A DNA stretch of 64,000 nucleotides from Squalus acanthias (Eukaryota), in assembly GCA_030390025.1 (NCBI GenBank), contig CM059432.1, positions 80,912,001-80,976,000 of the forward strand. The letters are read 5' to 3'. Positions within the stretch are counted from its first letter, which is position 1. Each line of letters begins with the position of its first letter. A model generated the notes under the pieces. The model was not told the origin of the DNA and did no database searches. It saw only the letters and a list, made by a program, of their open reading frames with translations. A program made the translations under genes and the position numbers. Of this stretch, positions 25,213 to 36,926 are shown piece after piece.

Positions 25213-25855
25213 CTGTTTCTCACTCCACAGATGCTGCCTGACCTGCTGAGTATATCCAGCATTTTCTGTTTTTATTTTAGTTATATAAAGCTGTTTGTTT
25301 TGCTTTAAGGCTATTTAACTGTTTAGCTAACACTAAAACATTAACCACTTTAAAAAAAAACACTATCCACTAAAAAACTACCCACTAAAAAATTGTAACT
25401 CTCGGAGGTCCCGGAGAGAGGGCCAAGTCTGTACAGGGAAGCTTCTTCCAGGCGTTTCTAACTTTTTTTCAGAAGTATGCAAATTTTTGTTACTTTATAT
25501 ATGTTGCTTTTGGCTGTATATATACTGACCTAACTCAAGAAGACAATAGTGTACAGAAGTAGTTTGAAGCAATTATTTAAATGATTTGGTTCATTTTGTG
25601 GCAGTTGCTAACTCCAGATTGCTGGTTTGAAAAGGAATTGCGTGACTTGATTGGGCGGTGATGCTTGGCAATTTTTCCTTGTTCCTGATTGGTAGCTTTT
25701 CTTACCTGCCTATAGTTGAATAAATCAACAGGGTTAGTTAGCTTAACAGATGGTGGTTATTTGAGAGAATCCGAAGAACAAGATTTTTTTTATGCTACAG
25801 GGATATATAGAGAGTGATGTGATGTACTTTTATACACAAGAATTGTAATTATATT

Positions 25856-26533
25856 GGGCTGAAATTCTGGGGAGGCCTTTTGGGAGGCCCATTCCATAGA
25901 TGTGCCCCATACTACATCCTAAATTCCAAAGGTGTAAGGTGTGGATTTCTATTACTTGTAGGACATGATCTGACTTTGGAAAAGACCACATTTGCTGCCT
26001 AGTAGAGGAGGGGTCATATTCATATGCATATTATAGCTGGGCACCCACACTATTTTTAGCAGAGCTGGGGTACATGCCTCACATTTGGGGGGTTATTTTG
26101 CTGTGACACTTCGTCGCTTTATAAGTTGGCTTTCTGTGCTGGCTAAGATTTTCAAAAAATGAGCATTGTGGTCAGGATTTGAATTTTGCTCTGTGATCGA
26201 TTGCAATAAGGCAATCAGCCTTTATAATTCTCTCCTTCCTGCAGGTCCCTTAGCAGTGCTGGACTTCAGCGATACACAGGTGTCCGAGCATTGCTATGGT
26301 GCATGGAGCTAAAGAAGCGTGAGATATATTTCCCTCATTTGCATGGTGTCATTATAAGCTCGCTCATTTGTGGGTAGGTGCATTATGCACCAACTCTCAA
26401 ATCCACCAGAGTTTCTGTCTGGGACTGAAAAGGACCCGGGACTCAGCGTGACTTGGTATCACCCCCATTTCTTCTGCTTGTGCACCCAGAAAGCATTCCT
26501 TTTGCAGTCCTGAAGCTGTGGAATTTTGGACCC
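25856..26533. mobile_element. Old Harbinger-type MITE
   Basis: TIRs GGGCTGAAATTC / GAATTTTGGACCC; TSD ATT on both sides. Confidence 0.7.
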
Positions 26534-27477
26534 ATTATGTATAAAAGAGAGACAAAAATAAATAAACACAGTCCTATAAATTTAATGAAATAATAAATAC
26601 ATTTGGAAAAAATGAATTGGACATACACAAATGACTTCTGTCACAATTTGGACTGCCATGTTTGCTGCATTTTGAAGGCTAGCCATGGAAAGTGATGTAT
26701 CTTCTGTTAGCCATGTCTCCCAGCACAATGTGTTGCCCACTAAAAATGCAGTGCAACAAGTATCACTTGGTTCCAGGGTGCGTAAAGAGATGTCATGTTT
26801 CCACACTTGTCCTCGGTGAAGACTGTACACCTAATGTTGGGTTTACACGTTTATTCTTCTACTTTTCATGTAAGGCTGTATTTTTCCATAGAAGTGAATG
26901 TGAATAAAATCATTGTAGGGACGTTCCCTGCTGTGTGTATACTTTCAAGTTTCTAAGGATGAAAAATAAGACAGCTGTTAGATTAGCACAGTTATCCTGT
27001 GTGTTTGTACTTCTTTTGATAACCATTAGTAAAAGCACTTGAGTGGTAAAGCATTCTACAGGGCTCAGTCTTTTGCATAAGAAATCTTGTATGAATGATA
27101 GTTTATGACCATGGTGCTTCCATGATAACTGGAGGTGCCTGTTTCCTGCCTCATCAATTTACCAAAAGTCTCCAGAGGGGGAGCACAAGTTCAGCTACAA
27201 ACACAGGCACTGGCTTATTAATGGACTCCACACAGCCTTTTAAACCTAAATGAATGTGTGTCACATCACAATCTGTTTTTAAAATAAATGATACCTTTAT
27301 TCAGAATTTAATTTGTGCTGCATTGATGGTGTAGAAGGTGGCACCAAATAAATTATCTTTTATTCAGATCCATGTAGCTAAGTGAAGATCTGTGGATATT
27401 ATTCAGTCTTTATGCTACCAATGGAGCATAAATTAAGTATTCTATGCATTCATTATTTACCACATTTTAAGTGTCAT

Positions 27478-27626
27478 CCTTGGCTCAGTGGTAGCACTTT
27501 TGCCTCTTAAGTCAGAAGGTCGTGGTTTCCAGCCCCACTCCAGGGTACATAATCTAGCTGACACTTGAATGTAATACTGAAGGAATGCTGCACTGTTGGA
27601 GGTGTCATCTTTCAGATGAGACATTA
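27478..27626 (+). mobile_element. 5' part of a tRNA-derived SINE (DeuSINE/SacSINE1-like)
   Basis: TGGCTCAGTGGTAGCACTTTTGCCTCTTAAGTCAGAAGGTCGTGGTTTCCAGCCCCACTCCAG head, followed by GCTGACAC..GCTGCACTGTTGGAGGTG..TTTCAGATGAGAC. Confidence 0.65.
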
Positions 27627-29439
27627 TTTCATAGTTTTTCATAGAAATTTAGACACAGAAGGAGGCCATTCGACCCATCGTGTCTGTGCCGGCTGAAAAA
27701 GAGCTATCCAGCCTAATTCTACTTTCCAGCTCTTGGTCCGTAGCCCTGTAGATTACGGCACTTCAAGTGCATATACAAGTACTTTTTAAATGTGATGAGG
27801 GTCTCTGCCTCTACCACCCTTTCAGGCAGCGAGTTCCAGACCCCCACCACCCTCTGGGTGAAAAAAATTCTCCTCAACGCCCCTCTAATCCTTCTACCAA
27901 TTACTTTAAATCTATGCCCCCTGGTTATTGACCACTCTGCTAGGGGAAATAGGTCCTTTCTATCCACTCGATCTAGGCCCCTCATAATTATATACACCTC
28001 AATTAAGTCTCTCCTCAGCCTCCTCTGCTCCAAAAAAACAACCCTAGCCTATCCAATCTTTCCTCATAGCTAAAATTCTCCAGTACTGGCAACATCCTCA
28101 TAAACCTCCTCTGTACCCTCTCTAGTGCAATCACATCTTTCCTGTAATGTGGTGACCAGAACTGTACGCAGTACTCTAGCTGTGGCCTAACTAATGTTTT
28201 TTACAGTTCAAGCATAACCTCACTGCTCTTATATTCTATGCCTCAGCTAATAAAGAAAAGTATCCCATATGCCTTCTTAACCACCTTCTCTACCTGTCCT
28301 GCTACCTTCAGGGATCTCTGGACATGCACTCCAAGGTCCCTCTGTTCCTCTACACTTCTCAGTATCCTACCATTTATTGTGTATTCCCTTGTCTTGTTAG
28401 CCCTCCCTAAATGCATTACCTCACACTTCACGGGATTGAATTCTGTTTGCAACTTGATATCTTCCTGCAGTCTACAGCTTTCTTCCTCTCTATCAACCAC
28501 ACGGCCAATTTTTGTATCATCTGCAGACTTCTTAATCATGCCCCCTACATTGAAGTCTAAATCATTGATATATACCACAAAAAGTAAGGGACCTAGTACT
28601 GAGCCCTGCGGAACCCCACGGTAAACAGCTTTCCAGTCACAAAAATATCCGTCGACCATTACCCTTTGCTTCCTGCCACTGAGCCAATTTTGGATCCAAC
28701 TTGTCACTTTCCCTTGGATCCCATGGGCTTTTACTTTTCTGACCAGTCTGCCATGTGGGACCTTGTCAAAAGCCTTGCTAAAATCCATGTAGACTACATC
28801 AAACGTGCTACCCTCATCGACACCCCTTGTTACCTCCTCAAAAAATTCAATCAAGTTAGTCAGATATGACCTTCCCTCAACAAATCCATGCTGACTGTCC
28901 TTGATTAATCCGTGCCTTTCTAAATGACGATTAATACAGCCCCTCAGAATTTTTTCCAAGAATTTGCCCACTACGGAGGTTAGGCTGACTGGCCTGTTTA
29001 TCCCTTTCTCCCTTTTTAAACAACGGTACAATGTTAACAGTCCTCCAGTCCTCCGGCACCACACCTGTAGCCAGAGAGGATTTGAAAATGATGGTCAGAG
29101 CCTCCTCTATTTCCTCCCTTGCTTCTCTTAACAGCCTGGGATACATTTCATCTGGGCCTGGCGATTTATTGATTTTTCAAAGATACTAAACCCCTTAATA
29201 CTTCCTCTCTCACTATGTTTATCTCATCTCATATTTCACACTCCTCCTCCTTAACTATAATGTCTGCATCGTCCCTCTCTTGTGAAGACAGACGCAGAGT
29301 ATTCATCAAGAACCATGCCCACGTCTTCAGCCTCCACACGCAGGTTACCTTTTTGGTCTCCTTTCTTAGTCATAAAATAAAAACAGAAAATGCTGGAGAT
29401 ACTCAGCAGGTCAGGCAGCATCTGTGGCGAGAGAAACAG

Positions 29440-29477
29440 AGTTAACGTTTCAGGTCGATGACCTTTCGTCAGAACTG
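29440..29477 (-). ncRNA. Minimal type I hammerhead ribozyme, intact
   Basis: Reverse complement CAGTT-CTGACGA-A-AGGTC-ATC-GACCT-GAAA-CGTT-AACT. Confidence 0.82.
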
Positions 29478-29594
29478 GAAAAAAGCAGGAAATGGAACAG
29501 ATTTTTAAGCAAGTGTGGGAGTGGGGGAAGGGGATGAAACAACAAAAGGGAAGGTCTGTGATAGGATAGACGGCAGGAGAGGTTAAGAGACATT

Positions 29595-30487
29595 GGGGTA
29601 AAAATTCACTTGGTTGCGCCACCCGTTAGCGCCTTAAGAGGGCGCTAATGGGGCGCAAAGCCGCTAACGCCCGGGCGCAGCGATGTTTGCGCCGCTCGAG
29701 AACTTAACTTGAGATTGTGCGGCGGCGCTAAAACTTACCGCTGCGACCATTTGCGCGCGCAGATTGTGACGTCATTCCATGGTGCAACGCCCTTGGGGCG
29801 CCCCGTAGCGGAAATTGAGTGGCGCCCCCTGCCTTACCGCCTGGCGCTTCCAACGACCAGAAGACTGGAACGCTATCAATCGCTGTGGGGCTGGGGGGGG
29901 CGCTATTTAAAGGGGGCCTCTTCCTGTCTTTTATTGTTGGTGGCATTTTTGAACTACGCATTCTGAGAGAGAGAGGGAGAGACTTCTGGAGAGATTCAAC
30001 GTTGTGTGAAGGAGTTTTGGGTACTGAGCAGCACTTTGCAGGTTCATTTTCATTTGCCATTCCTTGTATCGATTTAGCAGAGACCGTGGGAGCTGCACTC
30101 TGAGCTCTTTGCCTGTTGCTCTCCATTGTTCTTTCCAGCACATTTGATGTGCACGTCTCTCCAGGCCGAGATTCAAGGCAGCAATGAACAGGATGTGGTT
30201 GGAAAGCAAGATTAAACATCCCCTTTAAGAACTGGCCCGTGTCATTGTGTGTGTGTTCCATTGCTGACTGACATTACATGAGCTTCGCCAGCGCTCCGAG
30301 TTAGCGCCTCACTGCTCGGCCTTTGCGCCTTAAGAGAGGTGTGCAGCGCCTGCTTTAGCGCTCCACTCACCTCCCGGGGCGGTAAAAGTGAAGTTTCCCG
30401 TCAGTGCCGATAATTAGCGCCAGGCGCTAATATTTGCGTCCGGACGATATTTGCGCCCCAAATGTGGCGCGACCTAATTTCTACCCC
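29595..30487. mobile_element. Harbinger-type MITE, family C
   Basis: TIRs GGGGTAAAAATT / AATTTCTACCCC. TSD ATT, confirmed by the empty site GAGACATTAAGAG in the other PLE arm (~33121-33133). Near-identical inverted copy at 54066-54959. Confidence 0.93.
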
Positions 30488-31030
30488 ATTAAGAGATATT
30501 CAAGGCAAAAGGAGATGGTAATGGGACAGGTTAAGAAACAAAAGATGGCTCTAGATGAAGTGTAAATTGCGCTGGCAGAATGAAAGACAGCTGCCATGTG
30601 GGAGAGAAGAGAAACAAAAGTGTGGAAAAAATATATATATATGATAGGGGCCGAGGTTATGATCTGAAATTGTTGAACTCTATGTTGAGTCCAGAAGGCT
30701 GTAAAGTGCCTAATCGAAAGATGAGGTGCTGTTCCTCAAGCTTACATTGAGCTTCAGTGGAACAATGTAAGAGGCCGAGGACGGTGAGGTCTGAGTGGGA
30801 ATGGAGTGGAGAATTAAAGTGACAGGCGACCGGAAGCTCAGGGTCCCCCTTACGGACTGAACGGAGGTGTTCCGCAAAGTGGTCTCCCCAATGTAGAGGA
30901 GACCGCAGCGTGAGCAGCGAATACAGTATACTAAATTGCAAGAAGTACAAGTAAATCGCTGTTTCACCTGGAAGGGGTGTTTGGGGCCCTGGACAGTGGG
31001 AAGTGGGGAGGTATAAGGGCATGTGTTACA

Positions 31031-32476
31031 TCACCTGCGCTTGCATGGGAAGGTGCCGGGGGAAGGGGTGTTGGGGGTGATAGATGAGTGGACCAGGGTG
31101 TCGCGGAGGGAGTGGTCCCTTCGGAATGCTGAAAGGGGAGGTGAGGGGAAGATGTGTTTGGTGGTGGGATCATGCTGGAGGTGGCGGTAATGGCGGAGGA
31201 TGATCTGTTGAATGTGGAGGCTGGTGGGGTGAAAGGTGAGAACAAGGGGTTCCGGGGGAGTGGCAGGGGTGAGGGCAGAAGTGCGGGAGATAGAATGGAC
31301 ATGGTCAAGGGCCGTGTCAACCACAGTAGAGGGGATTCCTCGGTTGAGGAAAAAGGAAGACATGTCGGAAGCACTGGTATGGAAGGTGGCATCGGCAGAG
31401 CAGATGCGGCGGAGACAGAGAAACTGGGAGAATGGAATAGAGTCCTTACAGGAAGCGGGGTGGGAGGAAGTGTAGTCCAGGTAGCTGTGGGAGTCAGTGG
31501 GCTTGTAGTGAATGTTTGTCAATAACCTATCCCCAGATGTGGAGACAGAGAAGTCGAGGAAGGGAAGGGAAGAGTCGGAGATGGACCATGTGAAGGTGAG
31601 GGAAGGGTGGAAATTGGAAGCAAAGTGAATGACATTTTCTAGTTCAGGGCGAGAGCAGGAAACGGCACCGATACAGTCATCAATGTACCGGAAAAAGAGG
31701 TGAGGCAGGGGACCTGAGTAGGACTGGAACAAAGAATGTTCCACATATCCCACGAAAAGGCAGGCATAGCTAGGATCCATGCGGGTTCCCATAGCAACAC
31801 CTTTGATTTGGAGAAAGTGAGTGGAGTCAAAGGAGAAGTTGTTCAATGTGAGAACAAGTTCAGCCAAGCGGAGGAGGGTGGTGGTGGATGGGGACTGGTT
31901 GGGCCTCTGTTCAAGGAAGAAGCGGAGCGCCCTCAGGCCATCCTGGTGGGGGATGGAGGTGTAGAGGGATTGGACGTCCATAGTGAAAAGGAGGCAGTTG
32001 GGGCCAGGAAACTGGAAACTGTTAAAGTGGCGGAGGGCGTCGGAAGAGTCGCGGATGTAGGTGGGAAGAGACTCGACAAGGGGAGAAAAAATAGAGTCGA
32101 GATAGGAAGAGATATGTTCCGTGGGGCAAGAACAGGCTGAAACTATGAGTCTACCAGGGCAGTCCTGTTTGTGGATCTTGGGAAGGAGGTAGAAGCGGGC
32201 TGTGCGGGGTTGGGGAACTATGAGGTTGGCGGCCGTGGGGGGAAGATCTCCAGAGGAGATGAGGTCAGTGACAGTCTTGGAAACGGTGGCTTGATGGTCA
32301 GTAGTGGGGTCATGGTCCAGGCGGAGGTAGGAGGAGATGTTGGAGAGTTGCCGTTCAGCTTCCTCTAGGTAGAGGTCAGTTCGCCAAATAACCACAGCAC
32401 CACCCTTGTCAGCAGGTTTAATGACAATGTTGGAGTTGGAGCTGAGAGAATGGAGTACTGCAAGTTCAGAGGGAGG
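31031..32476 (-). CDS. Penelope-like reverse transcriptase, 5'-truncated; frame open ~480 aa
   Basis: [67 protein letters not shown] motifs. Confidence 0.9.
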   Translation of the reverse strand, partial: PPSELAVLHSLSSNSNIVIKPADKGGAVVIWRTDLYLEEAERQLSNISSYLRLDHDPTTDHQATVSKTVTDLISSGDLPPTAANLIVPQPRTARFYLLPKIHKQDCPGRLIVSACSCPTEHISSYLDSIFSPLVESLPTYIRDSSDALRHFNSFQFPGPNCLLFTMDVQSLYTSIPHQDGLRALRFFLEQRPNQSPSTTTLLRLAELVLTLNNFSFDSTHFLQIKGVAMGTRMDPSYACLFVGYVEHSLFQSYSGPLPHLFFRYIDDCIGAVSCSRPELENVIHFASNFHPSLTFTWSISDSSLPFLDFSVSTSGDRLLTNIHYKPTDSHSYLDYTSSHPASCKDSIPFSQFLCLRRICSADATFHTSASDMSSFFLNRGIPSTVVDTALDHVHSISRTSALTPATPPEPLVLTFHPTSLHIQQIILRHYRHLQHDPTTKHIFPSPPLSAFRRDHSLRDTLVHSSITPNTPSPGTFPCKRR

Positions 32477-32535
32477 TCCCTCCACGACACGACACCCTGG
32501 TCCACTCCTCTATCACCCCTAACACCCCTTCCCCT

Positions 32536-32961
32536 TTGCCCAAAACCTTCCCGTGCAAGCGCAGGAGATGCAACACATGCCCTTATACCTCCCCCCTTCC
32601 CACTGTCCAGGGCCTCAAACACCCCTTCCAGGTGAAACAGCGATTTACTTGTACTTCTTGCAATTTAGTATACTGTATTCGCTGCTCACGATGCGGTCTC
32701 CTCTACATTGGGGAGACCAAACGCAGATTGGGTGACCGCTTTGCGGAACACCTCCGTTCAGTCCGTAAGGGGGACCCCGAGCTTCCGGTCACCTGTCACT
32801 TTAATTCTCCGCTCCACTCCCACTCAGACCTCACCGTCCTCGGCCTCTTACATTGTTCCACTGAAGCTCAGTGTAAGCTCGAGGAACAGCACCTCATCTT
32901 TCGATTTGGCACTTTACAGCCTTCTGGGCTCAACATAGAGTTCAACAATTTCAGATCATAA
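32536..32961 (+). CDS. Penelope Cys-rich linker plus GIY-YIG endonuclease (short arm)
   Basis: FPCKRRRCNTCP; TCTSCNLVYCIRCSRCGLLYIGETKRRLGDRFAEH; CHFN; EQHLIF..PSGLN. Confidence 0.88.
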   Translation: MPKTFPCKRRRCNTCPYTSPLPTVQGLKHPFQVKQRFTCTSCNLVYCIRCSRCGLLYIGETKRRLGDRFAEHLRSVRKGDPELPVTCHFNSPLHSHSDLTVLGLLHCSTEAQCKLEEQHLIFRFGTLQPSGLNIEFNNFRS

Positions 32962-33250
32962 CCTCGGCCCCTATCATATATATTTTTTTCCCACACTTTT
33001 TTTTTCTCTTCTCTCCCACATGGCAGCTGTCTTTCATTCTGCCAGCGCAATTTACACTTCATCTGGAGCCATCTTTTGTTTCTTAACCTGTCCCATTACC
33101 ATCTCCTTTTGCCTTGAATATCTCTTAATGTCTCTTAATCTCTCCTGCCTTCTATCCTGTCACAGACCTTCCCTTTTGTTCTTTCATCCCCTCCCCCCTT
33201 TCCCAGCTCCCACACTTGCTTAAAAATCTGTTCCATTTCCTGCTTTTTTC

Positions 33251-33288
33251 CAGTTCTGACGAAAGGTCATCGACCTGAAACGTTAACT
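33251..33288 (+). ncRNA. Minimal type I hammerhead ribozyme, intact; predicted cleavage after 33284 (GUU)
   Basis: Stem I AGTT 33252-55 with AACT 33285-88; CTGACGA 33256-62; stem II AGGTC/GACCT; GAAA 33277-80; palindromic AACGTT. Confidence 0.82.
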
Positions 33289-35291
33289 CTGTTTCTCTCG
33301 CCACAGATGCTGCCTGACCTGCTGAGTATCTCCAGCATTTTCTGTTTTTATTTCAGATTTCCAGCATCTGCAGTATTTTCTTTTTGTATTACTCCTTTCT
33401 TAGTCACCCTCTTGCTCTTTATGTATTTATAAAACATCTTTGGGTTTTCCTTGATTTTTGTCATGCCCTCTCTTTGCTTTCCTAATTTCCTTTTTAATTT
33501 CACCCCTGAACTTTTTGTACTCTTCCAGGCTTTCTGTAGTATTGAGCTCTCGGTATCTGACATAAGCTTCCCTTTTTTGCCTTATCCTACCTGTATGCCC
33601 CTTGACATCCAGGAGGCTCTAGATTTGGGAGTCCCACCCTTTTTCTTTGTGGGAACATATTTGCTCTGAATCCTCACTGTCTCCTCCTTGAATGCCTCCC
33701 ACTGCTCTGACATTGATTTACCTTCAAGTAGCTGTTTACAGTCCACTTTTGCTAAATCACATCTCAGCTTAGTAAAATTGGCCTTTCCCCAATTGAGAAC
33801 TTTTACTCCTGGTCTATCTTTGTCCTTTTCCATAACTACTCTAAATCTAACTAAATTATGATCACTACCACCGAAATACTCTCCCACTGATACCCCTTCC
33901 ACCTGCCCAGTTTCATTCCCTAAAACTAAGTCCACAACTCTCCCCTCTCTTGTTGGGCTTGTGACGTAAAAAAGTATTATGTGCTGGCTAAAAAAGCTTT
34001 TCTGAATGCATTTCTGCACCCTCTAAACCTTTTACACTGATTCTATCCCACTTAATGTTAGGGTAGTTGAAATCCCCTACTATTACTGCCCTATTGTTTT
34101 TGCACTTCTCAGAAATTTGCCTACATATTTGCTCTTCTATCTCCCTCTGACTATTTGGGGTCTACAGTACACTCCCAGCAGTGTAATTGCCTGTTTTTTG
34201 TTCTTCAGTTCAATCCATATGGCCTCATTTGATGATCCTTCTAACATATCATTCCTCCTTCACAGCTGTAATTGTTTCTTCAACCAATATTACAACCCCC
34301 CCTCCTTTTTTATTCCCTTCTCTATCTTGTCTGAAATCCCTGTAACCAGGAATGTTGAGCTGCCATTCCAGTCCCTTCTTTCAGCCATGTTTCAGTAATA
34401 GCTATGATATCATACTTCCACATGTCTGTCTGTGCCCTCATCTCATCTGCCTTATTCACTAGATTCCTTGCATTGAAGTATCGACCATTAAGCACTGCTA
34501 AACCCTTTGTTGTCTATTTTCTAGCCTTTGTTTCCTCTGCCCGAAATTCACTTACTTTACTGCCTTCCATTTCCAGCTTTGCTTCTCTCCCTTCTGAATC
34601 TATGCTCATGTTCCAATCCCCCTGCCAAGCTAGTTTAAACCCTCCCCAACAGCACCAGCAAAGCTCCCCCACCCCCCGGCGAGGATATTGGTCCCGGCCC
34701 TGTTGAGGTACAACCCGTCTGGCTTGTACAGGTCCCACCTCCCCAGAACCGGTCCCAATGCCTCAGGAATCTAAAGCCCTCCCTCCTACACCATCTCTCC
34801 AGCCATGCATTCATCTGTTCTATCCTCCTATTTCTGTACTCATTAGCGCGTGGCACTGGGAGTAATCCGAAGATTACTACCTTTGAGGTCCTGCTTATTA
34901 ATCTCTTTCCTAGCTCCCTAAAATCTGCCTGCAGGACCTCATCCCTCTTTCTACCTATGTCATCCATACCAATATGGAGCACGACCTCTGGCTGTTCACC
35001 CTCCCCCCTCAGAATGTCCTGCATCCGCTCAGTGACATCCTTGACCCTGGCACCAGGGAGGCAACATACCATCCTGGAGTCACGTCTGTGGCCGCAGAAA
35101 CGCCTGTCTGTTCCCCTAACTATTGAATCTCCTATCACTATTGTTTTCCTGACCTTCCTCCTCCCCGCCCCACCCCACCACCCTGCACAGCTGAGGCACC
35201 CGTGGTGCCGTGGACTTGGCTCTGGGTCCCCATTAGCTCACTTTCAGGCATCCACTCTACCTACTGTAATCCAGTTTCAGGTATGTATTAT

Positions 35292-36770
35292 ATAGAATCA
35301 CATAGAAATTACAACATGGAGACTGCATGTTTGGCAAAACCAATCTATATTAGTGTTTATACTCCACGTGAGCAATAGTCCTAATCCCATGCACACAACC
35401 TGTAACCATAATCCCTTTATTCCCCATTCCTTCAAACACCTATTCTTAAAAGTTAGCATGGTTTTTCTTCAGTCACTATCTGGTCTTGCATTCTGCAGCC
35501 TCTCAACCCTCTGTTTATATAAAAAAAATCCTTCTGCTCTCTCTCCTAAATCTCTTGTGTCTAATCTTACAGCTAAATTCCCTCATTCTAAACCCCTCTA
35601 CCACTGGAAACAGCCTGTTTCAAACATACTCTATTCCATTCCTTAATAATTTTAAACTCCTTGATTCAAATTGCCCCATAATCCCCTCTGCTCCAACAAA
35701 AACTGCCCAAGTTTAAGTATGTCCTTGTTTTTGTATTTGCTCATCAGGCAGCATCCTAGTGAATCTGCACTGTACCTTCTCTAGTGCATCAACATCCTTA
35801 CTGTAGTGTGGAGCCCCAAACTGTACTGGTCTCATTATGGTTTTATATAGATTCATGATCACATCTCGACTTTTATATTCTATACCTCTTATCATAAAAC
35901 TCAGCATTCCATTAGCTTTTTTTTAAATGGCCTTATCCCCATGAGGTGCTGCTTTTAATGTCTTGTGAACCTAAACCTTCAAATCCCTTTGGTCTTCCAC
36001 ATCACCCAGCCTTCTCCCATTCAAATTCTACTTACTGCTTTCTTTTTTAAAATAAAACTGTACCATTTCACACTTAGTGACATTGAATTCCATCTATCAC
36101 TTTTTGCCCATTTCACCATCTTGCCAATATCCCCTTGCAGCTTCCTTTGGTTGTCAGAATTATTTACTAAAGCTCCTATTATAGTATCATCTGCAAATTT
36201 GGACACCACTCCCTATAGCTCTATATCTGAATCATTGATGTACACAATGAATGAAGAGGTCCCAGAACAGAACCCTATAGAACACTGCTAACCACTTCCA
36301 TTCACTCTGGGGAAACTACCCATAACTCCGACCCTCTATTTTTTCCCTTCTAACCATTTTTAATCCAATTTGCTACCTTTTTCCTAATTCTATACCCCTT
36401 AATCTTCTTCAGTAGTCTCCTGTGTGGTAACTTGTCAAAGGCTTTCTGAAAGCCCGTGTACACCACACCTACTGCATTTCCCCCATCCACCATATCTGTT
36501 ATCTCCTCAAAGAACTCTATCAATCTCTTCCTTTCTGAAATCCATGTTGGTTGAATTAATTATTTTCTCTTTGTCTATATTATTAAGAATTTCATCTTTA
36601 AATAAAGATTCCAAAATTTTCCCCACGACAGATGTTAAACTAACTGGCCTATAATTACCTGGGTTAGTCCCCGTTTCCCTTTTAATATGAGTACTACACT
36701 GGCCACTCTCCAGTCTTCCAGCACACATCCACTCTCACTATAACCCTGAAATATAACTTCTTGGGTCTAC
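35292..36770 (-). mobile_element. Old, diverged CR1 3' portion
   Basis: NYRPVSLTSVVGKILE, VSKFADDT, RGIEYKSRDV fragments. Confidence 0.8.
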
Positions 36771-36926
36771 GCTATTTCCTCTTATCCACTATGTAATTCA
36801 ATCCCCAATATAATCATTCCAACTTATTTTTGTGATGGGGTGACATCGGCTAGGCCACATTTATTGCCCATCCTGTTTTCCCTGAAAGGGTGGTGCTGGG
36901 CCACCTTCTTTAACCTTGTGGTAATG

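Larger units (their letters stand above)
16352..25278. mobile_element. Inverted two-arm Penelope-like (Neptune-type) element 1 with nested insertions
   Basis: Minus arm at 16352-16504 and 18535-19190 (GIY-YIG plus 3' end). Plus arm at 19191-21144, 21436-21471 and 24699-25278 ([20 protein letters not shown]). 15-bp TSD AGTTAT(T/A)TAAAGCTG at 16337-16351 and 25279-25293. Confidence 0.9.
29373..33391. mobile_element. Inverted two-arm Penelope-like (Neptune-type) element 2
   Basis: Long minus arm 29373 to ~32476 and short plus arm ~32477-33391. Perfect 15-bp TSD CTCCTTTCTTAGTCA at 29358-29372 and 33392-33406. Confidence 0.93.
27628..35230 (-). mobile_element. Long CR1 LINE (ORF1 esterase, endonuclease, RT, 3' tail) split by Penelope 2
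   Basis: Esterase IGDSIVRG..MVCCLPGARVKD (34635-35138); endonuclease/linker 33348-34400; RT 28243-29064 (YMDFSKAFDKVPH, GVPQGS); C-terminus 27719-28033. Confidence 0.9.

Noticed and set aside
26225..26380. Strong acceptor TTCTCTCCTTCCTGCAG as a host exon
   Set aside because: It lies inside the MITE at 25856-26533, and no frame gives a recognisable peptide.
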